Source of the DNA: Nemertoderma westbladi
Taxonomy: Eukaryota; Animalia; Xenacoelomorpha
Direction: 5' to 3'
NCBI GenBank assembly: GCA_032718475.1
Contig: JAUCBJ010000868.1
Span: forward strand, 1-44,486
Length of the DNA: 44,486 bases
Shown in pieces: positions 1-12,541 of this stretch; the first letter of the stretch is position 1; every line of letters begins with the position of its first letter. The position numbers and the translations under genes were made by a program. The notes beneath the pieces are model-generated. The model did no database searches. It was not told where the DNA came from and saw nothing but the letters and a program-made list of their open reading frames with translations.

Positions 1-762
1 GGACTCATAGTGGACCCAGTGGTCACAAGTCCCAGATAGACCATTATTCTGTTTCGTAGGAAATACAGGAGCTCTATACAAGACTAATGCATTTACACTT
101 CGACCGTTCTCCAGTGATCACCACCTTATTGTGGCCAAGGTAAGACTTAGTCTGCGTGCTAGCAGAACAACGAAATCTGCCTTGCCGCGGCATGACTGTT
201 CCTCTCTGTTGCAACAGCCAAGTGTGAGATCCAGCTTCACACTACAGCTGAGCAACAGGTATGAGGCTCTTGCCTCTGAGGCGGCAGATCACTGTGAGGG
301 CTATACTGCCTTTACAGAAGCAGTTAAGTTAGCAGCTGCAGAAACAGTTTATGTATACCCTCGAAACAGGAAAAGGGCCCCCCGGACTGACAACAAAATT
401 CAGAAGTGCCGAAATGACCTTCATAAGGCGCTGAAAGAGTCCTGACTCAAACAGACTACAGCGGCAAAGAATGCAGTTAAGGCTGCATCTAGGTCCCTGA
501 ACAGGCAGTAACTCTGTTAATCTACAGGAGCTAATAAACTAACAGGTTGATGCCCTCAATGATGCTGACGACAGCAGGCAATCATCCCAGGCATGGAAAT
601 CGATCAATTTGCTTACTGGGCGGAAAAGCCAACCAACCACCAAAGTTAAGGCTGAATCACCAGCCGATCGCCTCAATGGTTGGAAAGCCCACTTTAAAAA
701 GCTCCTCAATAATGACAGGGTATTGCATGGTAACTTTATAGAAATAAAAGTGTCTGAGTCTG
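1..762 (+). mobile_element. RTE-clade non-LTR retrotransposon, piece 1 (APE endonuclease C-terminus and linker; decayed)
   Basis: Translates THSGPSGHKSQIDH...SDHHLIVAKVRLSLR (APE IDH and SDH motifs) with frameshifts and stops. Ends at TSD GTCTG (758-762) and resumes after the second TSD copy at 13679-13683. Confidence 0.85.
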
Positions 763-1745
763 TGTAAAAGCTTTTGCGGACATAACAAGTCATTTTTTCC
801 GCAATGTACCACGCAGGTGCTTTAGCGGACATAACAAGTCATATGTTGCCGCAATGCGCCTAATACTCTAAAAAGACTGGAACTCAGATGACGAAATCTG
901 TCAGCTGATTTACTGTAAACGTGGAACCTCTCTTTGTTCTGCTCAGCCAATCAGAGCGATTTTCATTTTATGTTGGACAAGGGCCTATGTAAAACCGCAC
1001 AATGCATTACGGTCTTTGTTTACCTTTTCTGAGCCTCAGAACACCGGCTTAGAATTCTTCTGTGCTTCTGTAGAAGTTTCAGACTTTGGCCTAAACATCT
1101 TATCTGATGGCTTTGATTACAAGAACGTAAAACTATTAACGATTCAACTAACGCATCACACCGCAATTCATGCATTACGCACATAGAACACTGCATAAGT
1201 AACACATACTGACTGTTCACCGCATTATTTGCTTCTGTTATTAATTGGTGTTATGTTAATGTATATTGCTGATATATTTGGAGAATACCGATGAATAATC
1301 ATAAAACCCCACAATCTTCTTGATTACTGAAGGTTAGAGGAACAGGTTTACCGGTAGCAACAGCGACTTACATTATAGTGGTTTTTTGTGTGAATTAAGT
1401 GCTATTTCATAATCCCTACATGGGTCAGTTGCGATCCTCCTTATATATGATCAAATTCAGTGACGGTCGGCAGATCAGTGTGAAGTAGTGTGAAGCCGTG
1501 TGAAGTAGTGTGAAGGTTAATAAAGCATCTCCTAAAGAATGCGCTTTTTACGAAACTTAGTAGCCATCTAGTTGTGATTAGAATAAGTCATAACATAAAG
1601 TTTTTATACTTAAAGCGCCACGTCCTAAAGGAACTGTTAATATTTCCCTGAAAGTAAATATATTGTCAGAGATTATATAGTAACGATCAATCGAATAATA
1701 CAGTAGGTCTACACCGCAATCACTATCAAAGCATCCGAATCCAGT
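763..1745 (+). repeat. 5' LTR of element A (3'-truncated)
   Basis: Matches 12542-13523 with roughly 25-30 differences counted by eye. The match stops after GCATCCGAATCCAGT, so the last ~155 bp and the primer-binding region are missing. Confidence 0.93.
1442..1524 (+). promoter_or_regulatory. Putative LTR core promoter and poly(A) signal
   Basis: TATATAT at 1442, Inr-like TCAGT at 1475, AATAAA at 1519. Same in the 3' LTR. The homologous position of the element B LTR has TTTTATAT...ATTAGT on the minus strand (~30760-30799). Confidence 0.5.
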
Positions 1746-3172
1746 ACAACAGTAGGTACAACAGTATTATTCGATTTTGATAATTATATACGGGTAGGTC
1801 TTGATATTTAATCAGGGACTGCAGCCCTGGTTTTTTATTGGGATTTTACTTATTTCTGTCGGTTTTATTTATCTGTAAGTGTAATATTGAGCAGAAGGCG
1901 TGTAAGCCTGCTCAAATTGTATAAATAATTTGTAGGCTGGATTGTTGTCTGGCTGTTGTTAAGTCTGATGCGATTGCAGTGTGTGTAGCGTGTATTTCCG
2001 ATAAAGTACTAGTTAGGAAGGTGGGGGCATCCAGTGTTGTAAGGTAAATCCCCCCCCCACCCCCCAAAAGAATAAGTCGTACTACTCGGTTAGAACGCCT
2101 ACTAACTAACAATTTCGGAGTCTGCATATACTATAGTTTATTTGGGCTTGCCAGTAGTCTGCCAGCATTTGGTCTGTATTTTGTTTGTATGGTCTGCACG
2201 GGTAGCGTAATATTTATTATTCAGAGTCTATGCGAGTATTCGCAACCTACATACCCCCCAAGTTTATTCCTACAGTAATTGTGCTTGTTATACATACCGT
2301 TATAGTTAAATTAACCCCGGTACTACATTAGGGCTGCTTGGCGTAGGTAAAGACTGGTGATTTTATGCTCTGGTCACTCCAGCAGATACCGTGATTCTTT
2401 TAGCTGTACAAGTATATTTAACTGCTGGTTATTTGTTGTATAAGTACTTGTACCTAATTTAGGGTTTAGAGTACAGTACTTTCCGAAAGTAATTAGTGTG
2501 TAGGCAGTATATTTGTGTTGTAAAGTGGTTAATAGGCACGTTAGCTCAGGTTGGCTGCGGTAATTAACTTCTAGGTAAGGACAGTCTGGGTACATAACGT
2601 AGTACTTATAGTTTAAGACTATAAGTCGTCAGACGGTGGTATTTTCTTATCTGGACAACGCAATTTACTTACTACTGCTTTATTGTTTTCAAATACCGTA
2701 GTATCCTGTCAGTTTGTAATAACCAGAAATTCTAACTCCTTGTTAGGCTGGTTTGTAGATTTCTTGTAAAATTACCCTAAAATTTGTACGTATAAATTTT
2801 GGTGTTTATTTAGAGATTGTAATCTCACACAGTAATTGTATGTAATTTGTAGTGATAAGTAACTTAGTAAAGTAGAATTATTCGTTTTAGTGTCTCACAG
2901 GTAGCACTCCACTGAGAGCGTTCAGCTTCTGTGTAGTGACCCCCTTATCTAGAAATAATAACATTTATTTCAAACATTGTCAAACCCCTTGTACGGGTAT
3001 ATATAAATATATTATAAATCAACTCAAACAGATTTATAAAATAGTAGGCCTGTTATACATCAATTAGGTCTTAATATCAGTTGGACTACTGCTTAATAAC
3101 AGTACTGTAATAAAGTAAAGGAAAGTGAACCTAAAATTCAGAAATTCAGTTATTATAAAATAATTGACATTA

Positions 3173-3430
3173 CCGGTATTTACGATAGGCTTATTATATT
3201 TATTTCTATAAATTTAGGCTGAAATTATATACCGGTATTTTGTAACTAATCCTGGTCTATAATAATACTTATATATATACTATAAGTGTATGCTGTATAC
3301 TGGTATTTACGATAGGCTTATTGTGTTTATTTCTATAAATTTAAGCTGAAATTATATAGCGGTATTCTGTGACTAATTCTAGTCTGTAATAATACTTATA
3401 TATATATTATAGGTGTATACCGGTATTTTA
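3173..3430. repeat. ~127-bp tandem duplication in the leader of element A
   Basis: GGTATTTACGATAGGCTTATT... occurs at ~3175 and ~3302; single copy in element B (~28345-28460). Confidence 0.8.
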
Positions 3431-3564
3431 ATATATTTTATATATATCACGTTACACTGAGTAACAGTATCGGTAATTAATTACTAGGCTTCCAGTGGAT
3501 ACTGAATTACTAGACTTGCTTTAACTGTCGTTATAGTAGTAGGCATTCAACTGTTCAATCAAAC

Positions 3565-6500
3565 ATGTCTGACACAAAACAAACACTATCAGATAGTCTC
3601 TTAGAAAGTGTTAGAATGAGTATTAGACTTAGACAGTGTCTTAAAAGGATCTGTGACCAAGATCAAAGTATAGAACATCCCAGACCAAAGTCCAAGTCCC
3701 CTCCTACTGTAAGAAAGGTCATCCCTCCAGTAGTAGTATCAGACCCTAGGCTAGTAAAGCACCATAGGTCTATCATAGGCACTAGGGCTCTAGTCAAGCG
3801 GGACCAAGAGGCAGCTGTTAAACAGCAGCAGCACCCGAACCGGGAACTTATTTCTCAGCGGCCCGATAACTCCAGTTGTTCAGACATTGTAGAGTTGAAA
3901 CCCGAGATCGGAGCAAGGATGACAGAAGCGGTTTATCCAGACCCACTTCTAATTCTTCCTGGAGCCGTACTCATGAGAGTATTGATCGCTGTGGAAGAAC
4001 ATCAAATCGATTGGGCGAGAGGTAAGTGATCGACTAAGGACAGTTATGCGGGATACACAATGGAGGAACTGAAGTCTATTGTCGGGACGCAATGGAACTT
4101 CCCCGGACCCGGACTCCCGTTTAACTTATCGGAAGCTGCCTGGGAGGACTTATACAGGATTGGAGTATTAAGAGACACTCGAGATCCAGCTGTGTGGAAG
4201 AGGTCGGCAGCAGGATATGTCCAGGGATTCTTCAGTTCTTTAGAGCGACTAGAAGAACACCTATTCCAACAATGTCAAGGACCTCAAGAGCAGGGAGAGC
4301 TGCTTTATCAAGTGCGAGAACGAATTTTACGGATCAGACTAATCCTTTCAGCCTTTGAGGAAGCCTCGAAGAGAAGCCAAGACACGTCGTTGCAAGTCGC
4401 CGTAAAGACTTGGTTCCAACGTGTGAGTCTTAAAGTCCAAGGAACGACCCAATGGAAAATTCAGCTAACTGAGCGCGCGACCCACGGAGAATCAACAGAT
4501 GCTACCTTTTCTCAGGTGGAAAGCGAAGTTACATCAGAAAAACCTCAGAAGAAGGACGCTATTGATATCTATCTGTCGGACTATCAACGATTTATAGGAG
4601 ACAAAGAGCTAAGGAGACTGCTAGCTGGACTTCGCCCTAATAGTGAGGGAGCCAAATTGGTGTTGGACTCGTTAGATGCAGAAAAGTTAGCCGCTGAGCA
4701 GGCTAAATTTGATGAACGCATCCTCATCCTTAAGCAACAGGAAGAACAAATAAAGAAAAAACTGATAGAAGACAGAAAGGCAGCAACAGTGGCAGCGGCA
4801 GAAGTTGAAAGAAAAGCAGCAGCAGCAGCGGCAGCAGCAGAGGCTGAAAGAAAAGCGGCAATGGCAGCAGCGGCAGCGGCAGAAGCGGCAGCAGCAACGG
4901 CAGAGGCTGAAAGAAAAGCGGCAGCTGCAGCGGCAGAAGCAGAAAGAAAAGCGGCAGAGGCAGTGGTAGAAGCGGAACGGAGGGCATCTGAAGAGACAGC
5001 CCAACTAGAGTTGGAAAATCTTCAAGAGAAGCAAGATTACTTAAATAAACAGAGAACAGCTATACAGATGCAGATGATAAGTTGATCTACTCCCAAGAGA
5101 CAGGGATTTACATCCTCTGATGAAGGCGATACAACAGATCCTGAAGGTAGAGGAAATAAATCTCGTTCCAGCGGACGTAGAAGGGCGCTGCACCGGCAGA
5201 AATTGCCTGATTTGCCTCCAGCCGTGAGAAGGCAACTAGCTAGTGTAGATCTAAGTAATCCTGAGCCTTTAGACCAAATTATTAGAGTAGAAAGACTCCC
5301 TACTATAATAGACGAGCCTGAAATAATTAGGCCTGTTATCGAAGCCACCCCCTCTGTGATAGAGACCCCTGTACTTCCAGAACTTAACTCTAAATTCCCT
5401 TTGCACAGTACTAAACTACCTGTGACCAGTAGAACATCCCCTAAATCCATCCCGGTCCTGGACGCCGAGCAAGACATCAATGATTTGTCGCCCGTCGTCC
5501 CTCGTCTACCCGCTACTATGTTGGTGGCTCCCGTTTCGGCCGTAGAGTGGGTGGATGAGAGACGGCGGGGGATGGATCTCCTGCTCGGACAGATGGAGGA
5601 ACATGGAATACGTTCCTCCCAACAGGTCCGAGATTTGGAAGAGACTGTTCAGCAGTTAAAGGGAACAGTAAGAGAGAGTAGGTTAAAGTTGCAAGAAGTG
5701 CAGCAGAGTATTGCGTTAGAATGTGATAAATTAGTAAATATACAAAGGGGTATACCACCACCCCCTGTAACAATGTGTCAACCTGTTAGGTCTGAAGTAT
5801 TTGATGCGCAAGGTGTGGAGCCTACATGCATCTATACTGCTAGTGAAGTAGAAACTCCTATAGTGAACCCTATTAAGGGTAATTATAAACCTGTTGATAA
5901 CGATATTCCATATAGACCTGATCCTAATCCGAGAAATTTATATACCGATGACTCGATATTAAATAATACGATGGCCCAAGAAAGTTTTACGCGTCAAATG
6001 GCTAGAACCGAAGCCCATCAAGCGGTAAAGGTGGGAGAGATTGTCAAGTTCAATGGAGATGAGATGAAATGGTTACCTTTTAATGAATATTATAAAGATA
6101 ACATAGAGAGTTCCGTACTATCCCAAGGAGATAAACTTAGATTCCTCATCGAGTGCTTGGAAGGACCTCCCAAGTTAATGGCGTTAAAGTTTATTGGACA
6201 TCCAGATGGATTAAGACAAGTTTGGGATACACTAAACATCAGGTATGGTAATAGGACTAACATAGCTAGGTATTTGTATGCGAAATTAATGGCCCCCCGA
6301 AAGTTCCTTAGCAGCGGGATTATAGAGTTTTCCGACGAGATTCAGGAGATCTGTAGACAGTTAGACTGGTTGGGTAAGTCTCATGAATACCAGAATTCTA
6401 TGGTTGTAGGAGCATCAACTTTACCAAAGAGGTTCTCTAAAAGGTTCTCTATTTGATGGACCAACAACATAGAGACCCTAACATGGATGATCTCATTCAT

Positions 6501-8687
6501 TCTTAAATGGAGAGGTAAGATTACAGCTCCTCAAGCAGTCCCGAGAGAAGACACCGGAAAATAAGGTGAGTGAAAAACCCGTTTCTAGGAGAAAGGTAAC
6601 ACCAGTGTGTTATACAGACGACGGCGAAAGCCAAACCTTCCCATGAGGAGAACAGCGGGAAAGACACCGAAAGATCTTATTATGTCAACAAACCGAGGAA
6701 AGACGTAAGTAAATCTAAGTCTCGAACCAGTGACAGGAGAGAACAGGTAACAACTCCTCCTACGTCTCCTAAGATAATTCATAGAAGAAAGCCCGAGGAA
6801 AGAACAAGTGTGCACCACACAGCACAGGTTAAAGTAAATAACATCAAGCCCAAATGTGTATTGTGCGACGGGCCACATCACTTGAGTGGGTGTGATGAAT
6901 TCTTGAAGAAATCCCTGAAGGATAGACGTGATGTCATGTGGGATAAGCGGTTGTGTTATAATTGCCTCAGACGAGGACACCAGAGACGGACCTGTTACTC
7001 AGACGCGAGGTGTGCTAAGTGCGGCGCGAAACATCATTATCTTGCTGCACACAGAATTTGAAAGAACCCGCTCGAGTCAGGTAAGTGAGCCTGAACTACA
7101 TGTCCAATTCAGTGATGTGAACGACACTGACCACAGCTCTGAGATGGAAGGATTTTACACGGACGAATTCTCCGACGAAAACGAATCCTGTTATATGATA
7201 AACACCGCAGTGTATCGAGTGCTTACGTATGAGACTGAAACCGATAACGAAACGCAACTGACCATTCCAGACCGACCACCATCTTGGAAAGCGCCAACTT
7301 CCAATGTCGGAATCCGGGAATTCCCAGTGGTGCAGCTGAGAGTCCACGGGATAGGTAAAAGTTTTATAGTAAACGCCCTCCTTGACTCCGGCAGCACAGA
7401 GACATTCATCGACAAAGAACTAGCCGAAGACATCTTTGCAGGACAACCCAAGTTCCAAACTAAGTTGAACCTTTCAGGAATTATGTAGGTTTGGAAATCC
7501 ACAGTAGCTACAGACTACTATGTAGGCGCGTTGTCCACCCCCCAGGATGAACTAGGAGAACATAGCATAAGGTCAGTAAAAATGGTGGCGATAAAGAACT
7601 TTGCTACCAGCCAAGTAGAACCTTACAACTGGGATGAAGACCATTTTACCCAGCAGCATGATATCCCTAGATTCAACACCGACTACCCAGGGGTACAGAT
7701 ATTGATCGGCCAAAATGCGCATAAGGCGCTAGAGACATTAGAAAAACGGCCTGCTCGACCGCAACCATTACAAACATATGCGGGAAGAACGAGAGTAGGT
7801 TGGTACTTCACTGGACCTTCCCGTAGAACACTCATGGAAAGACTACCTAACGAAAAAATACATCAGGTGAGTGAATGGGAAGAAGAAATCAGTGAGGGAG
7901 AGACCAGAACTGAGGGAACACCATACTCCTCAGATAACGACGATATTAACCAGCCATACGATGAGGAAAATACAATTGATCTCCTCGCCGAAAGCCGGAC
8001 TTGGTGTTTCCATCATCACTATTCCAGGACGAAGAAGAAACCTGGAATTGTATTCGAAACACAACAACTCAAAGTTGAACTCAAGGTCAACTTAAAGTTG
8101 CCTTGGTCACCTCTAAGGCCTTGATAAACAACAAACTACGAGTTCCTCGGGCGGAGTTAAAGGGGGCTCTATACGCTACAGCCATCGGCCGGAATGTAAC
8201 AGAACAGATCGACTATCCACTGGAGAAAACTGTCTATTGGACTGATGCTTTACTCGTTTTGGAGTATATAACCAATGAAGTCTGTCAGTTCAGCGTCTTC
8301 GTTACCAACAGAGTAGCCATTATACTTAGTCGCTCTAATGTAGATCAATGGAGACATTGCCCTGGTACGATTAATCCAGCCGACATCGCCTCAAGAGGAG
8401 CAACCCCGCAAGAACTGATAGATACTCCAGACTGGTTAGGTGGACTGGTTAGTTAGGAGACTCATATATCCGATGATGGTTTAGTGCGATCAGTAGAACT
8501 CGTCGTCATGCGACGTAACTTTAAGAAACCTGGAATTGTATTCGAAACACAACAACTCAATCGCCCAGTTGGTCGTTTATGTTTACTGGAAAGAGACAGA
8601 GAACTATCCGGAAACTATGGAAGGCAAGATATTCTTTCCACGACCACCTCCCTAATCCAACAAACATGTAGGGACTCCCCAACGTAA
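3565..8687 (+). pseudogene. Disrupted gag-pol of element A
   Basis: ORF fragments 3565-4029, 4060-5085, 5203-6456, 6810-7061, 6928-7488, 7531-8124, 8103-8456 and 8484-8687 align in order to the B polyprotein. They include three Cys-His knuckles, protease LLDSGS and RNase H PRAELK/WTDA/NPADIASRG. RT and integrase cores are absent. Confidence 0.95.
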
Positions 8688-10424
8688 CAGCGTCTGGAGT
8701 GGGTGTGTGACTACATTGTTTTATATATTTTTATTATTTTTTATATTTATGTATGTATTATTACGTAATTTTATTATTATAATCGTTTTCTTTAATTTTA
8801 TTTAGTAGAATATTATTTTAGCGATTATTTAGTAGATTAGTGCAATATATATATTCGTGTTTATTATTTAATTACTTAACATTACATATTTAGTGCAACG
8901 GCGAGAAATAATTATTTTTCTCTTTCCTTACTGTCCGTATCATATTATAAATACGTGACTACAGTAAGATGAAATGTCCATACTTATTAAAGTACAATAA
9001 AGCTCCTACTATACTCAAGTATTATTGGTAAGTAGAGTATTAGGAATGCAAAGTTCAGATCCTCGTGTCTCGGCTAAACCAAGCTCTGGGTAGACCTTGG
9101 AAACGACTTGCCTCTTCTCACTGACGACATTGCTTCTTGCAATATTGCTCTCATACCATATATTAAATAATACATATAGTAGCGTGATATCCCTTTAACA
9201 GTAGCGTAAAACGCAAAATAAATCTGTTAAACCCTTTGACCATCTGTAATTCTAGTCGATTAAGATATTGCGTTACCCACCGATATACTTGAAAGACAAA
9301 ATTCTAGAATCAGTGGTTAACGTCTCCAGACAAGTTCTGGAATAAATCGGTGCCCATCTTAAATATTAACTATTTAATATTTACCAAAATCTATTAAAAT
9401 AAATGCTATAATAGAGTAAATACAGACAAATAAACTCTAAGGAGTTTGTAAATCAAGAAAATCTTGAAATCCAAAATCTGTTAAAATTCAGATCCTTTAA
9501 AATTCTAGTCGATTAAGATATCGTAGCACTTACCGATACCCTTAAAAAGACAAATTTCCTAGAATTAAGGATCCTAGTCCCCAGACATGTTCTGGAATAA
9601 AATTGTGTCTATTTTAATATTAAATAATAAAATTTACAGGAATAAATTTAAATTCATATCCTCTCATGAATTTGATAAATTGTCATTTTATACAATTTAT
9701 AACATTCCCAAAATTCCATTAATTAATAGATCATGGGAGCGGAGATTCACCCTATAAAGTATATTAGTGTGCGAGAATCTCCAATATCTAGTCAATAGCT
9801 GATAAAATTCATAAAATCATGTATAAAGGGGAATATTGACAATTAAAGAATTACTATTAAATAGCATCCCAGATCTGTATGCATGAGAATTACTCTAATT
9901 CTACTGCTAGCTTTCCATAATGTCACCATAGCAACCACCATGCTAGAATTAGAAGCGAGTTAAAAGAACAATAGAAAGCTTGCCCCATTGAATAGCATAC
10001 GGAATAAATAGCACACTGTTAGTATCCAGGGATACATAATAATAACGTGGCATTCTGGAAGGCACTTGACTAATGGACAAATGGCCCGAATGTGTACAAT
10101 TTGTGACAGTTGTGTGGAATTTGTGCGTTTATAGGTGACTGTTACTACTAAAGTGTGTTTACAGTAGCGAGTCGCAGTTGTGAAAGTTACCCTGCCTCTG
10201 TAGCAAGAACCTGAAGTAATTCTGAGCCCTTGGGATGGACAGTGGAGTAACTCGCGCTGGTTATTGTTGTCGTTGTGTAGATAATACATTGGCGAGAGAC
10301 ACAGCGGCGACAGTACATCAGCACTGAGGAGCTTGCGCTGTCCGGGGGCATTGAGGGGGAGGCAGCGACAACCGCTAGCCTAAATTATGATTAATTATAA
10401 TATTGATAAACTCATATAGCAGCT

Positions 10425-12463
10425 ATGACTGAGTTGATAGAAGATGATCTTGGTATCAGGGAGCGATATACCCTACCCTTGCAAGCGTTTGTTAATAGTT
10501 AATAAGCAGTGACGCTAGTCAACCTACTACGGAGGACAATGGCCGTTATATCGAACCGCCAATGTCAAAGGAACAGCTCACGCGTGAATTGGACTATAGA
10601 AAATTCACCGCTCGCTATACGCATTGTAATGGTACGTATATGGACTTCTTAACTACTGGTCACCCTATCGATTTACACGATACGGACGATGTAGACACCG
10701 AAAGGGAAATGACCCTATTTAAATATCATACCCAGCGGAGTCGGAACGATAAACTGAGAATCGAACACGAAAAATTCTATTCGAAATCGACTCGAAAGAG
10801 AAGATGTTGAAGAACTGGATAAACGCAGTGACTTCAACGTATATTTGGAATTCTTGAGAGAAACATTGTAAAACTGCAGAAAGATCACCCGCGTTTCCCC
10901 TACAAGACGTGCATCTTTGGTATTATTACGATGAATGCCCTAGACCCAACCAACAAACGGAAAGACATAAACATCCGCGGAGACGTTGCGCTAAACACAG
11001 TTTTACTCGCTATACTTACGGGAGTTTCAAACGAAACTTGTTCGACATATCACCTATGCTCGCTCGACTCAAACGATCCTTAAATAAACCGATGATCAGA
11101 GTTCCGGAATACTCGGTCAGACCTCCTCATTTCCTGGTGAGACCTCAGACTCTTGATCCTAATAGTATCACGGATCCTCCTGAACTGTACTCACGGTTCA
11201 AAGATCTAGTGTTACCCAAACAATTAGTCGGTGGCACTCCGGTTGTGGGCTCCCTAGATATCGCCCATCTTACCTAGCCGGATTGGGACGCGGACACCTA
11301 ATATCGCCGTTCAACCCGTATAATCGTCCCGGTCTAACCCCGATACAACCTGTCACCGAGGTGGAGGAGAGCGTTGTACGAAACGCGCTAGACGCTATTC
11401 GACAAAAGATTGGAAAAGGAACTTACGATTGTTTAAATAAACGTAAATTGCAGCAGCAAGTCCAAGCGGTAAAAGAATTAGCTTTACCCCAGTTTGATAG
11501 AGAAATCCAGAATCTCGAGGAAGACATCGAACTTGGACGAATCTACTCTCTGCAGGAGTTTTTGGACGAACGCTTCCAATGACCAGCGGAGGAAAATCAG
11601 CTCGAGGAGAAGCATATCGAAATGGACGAGAGAGAAGAAGCAGCTTTAGCCCAGCCAGAAGCTCAAATCCTTATGACCGATCTCTATTCCAAAACCATTA
11701 TTCATCCTTCAATGGTACCCCATTTCGGAGACAAACTCTTCGCCACGGTACAACCCCAACCGGTTGCTATTAACTTAAGATCTAGAGATCTTATCGCTGA
11801 CGCTCCTATGTTACAACGTCCACCAATCGAGGCCACTCGTGTCAACGGTATACTCGTTGAACTTCCGGACAATCGAGCGGATCTTGTCCGTCGTATGGTA
11901 CACGAGGTCAACCTACGCGCTAGACCTTTACTGAACTCATTTTATGGGATCAAAGACCACCCCTATTATGTCAATTTAACTTAATATTATATGGTGAAAC
12001 CAGAAGATCCTACATACAGTTTAAAGTTTCTACCATTGATAAATCACGCGGTGACTTGTTCATAAACTCGCATCCAGAGTTACAGGAAGTTCATAGACAA
12101 CCATATGAATATAAAGCCAGAGAACGCGAGTTGGAAAGAACCATCAAACCGAGGAAATTTCTTACTACTCACAGTCCACCTACCGCTCTCGTGCAAACGA
12201 CCCGTCAGGGACCAGTAAGAGCTGCTGTCTTGAAATGCGCTCCAAAGGTTGTTCGACCTCGTTTCACTGAGGTTGATATCGATCAACCGGGTACCTCGAC
12301 CGGCGGATACACCGACTGTAACCCTAAACCTTCCGATGCAATTGTATTGCACCCCTCACCCAGGAGTTATAGCCCTCCTCGTAAAGTGGCTCACCCCAAA
12401 GAGAAAAGGACTCTTGCTAGCCTCACAAAACTTCATAAACGCCGTTCACGTAAGAAGGACTAA
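10425..12463 (+). pseudogene. Accessory coding cassette (ORF2/ORF3) of element A, unknown function
   Basis: Chain of fragments from MTELIEDD (ATG 10425) through 10562, 10909, 11283, 11622 and 12056 to KLHKRRSRKKD*. Homologous peptides occur in element B at 18486-16971. Confidence 0.8.
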
Positions 12464-12533
12464 CTGTTTAGAGTATTTTTATATTTTAGAAACTGTGATT
12501 TTTTATATTTTATAGAATTAAATCCCATTTTCT

Positions 12534-12541
12534 GGGAGCGG
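12534..12541 (+). promoter_or_regulatory. Polypurine tract of element A
   Basis: GGGAGCGG directly before the TGT of the 3' LTR; identical in element B (16893-16900, minus). Confidence 0.75.

Noticed and set aside
2371-2388. TGGTCACTCCAGCAGA as a displaced tRNA PBS
   Set aside because: Far from the LTR, reads CGGTCAC in intact element B, and I recognise no matching tRNA 3' end.
4687-5004. Cys/Arg-rich and Leu/Pro-rich minus-strand ORFs
   Set aside because: Antisense shadows of the Ala/Glu repeat in gag.
10425-12463. Calling the extra cassette env
   Set aside because: No signal peptide, transmembrane segment or cysteine pattern seen.
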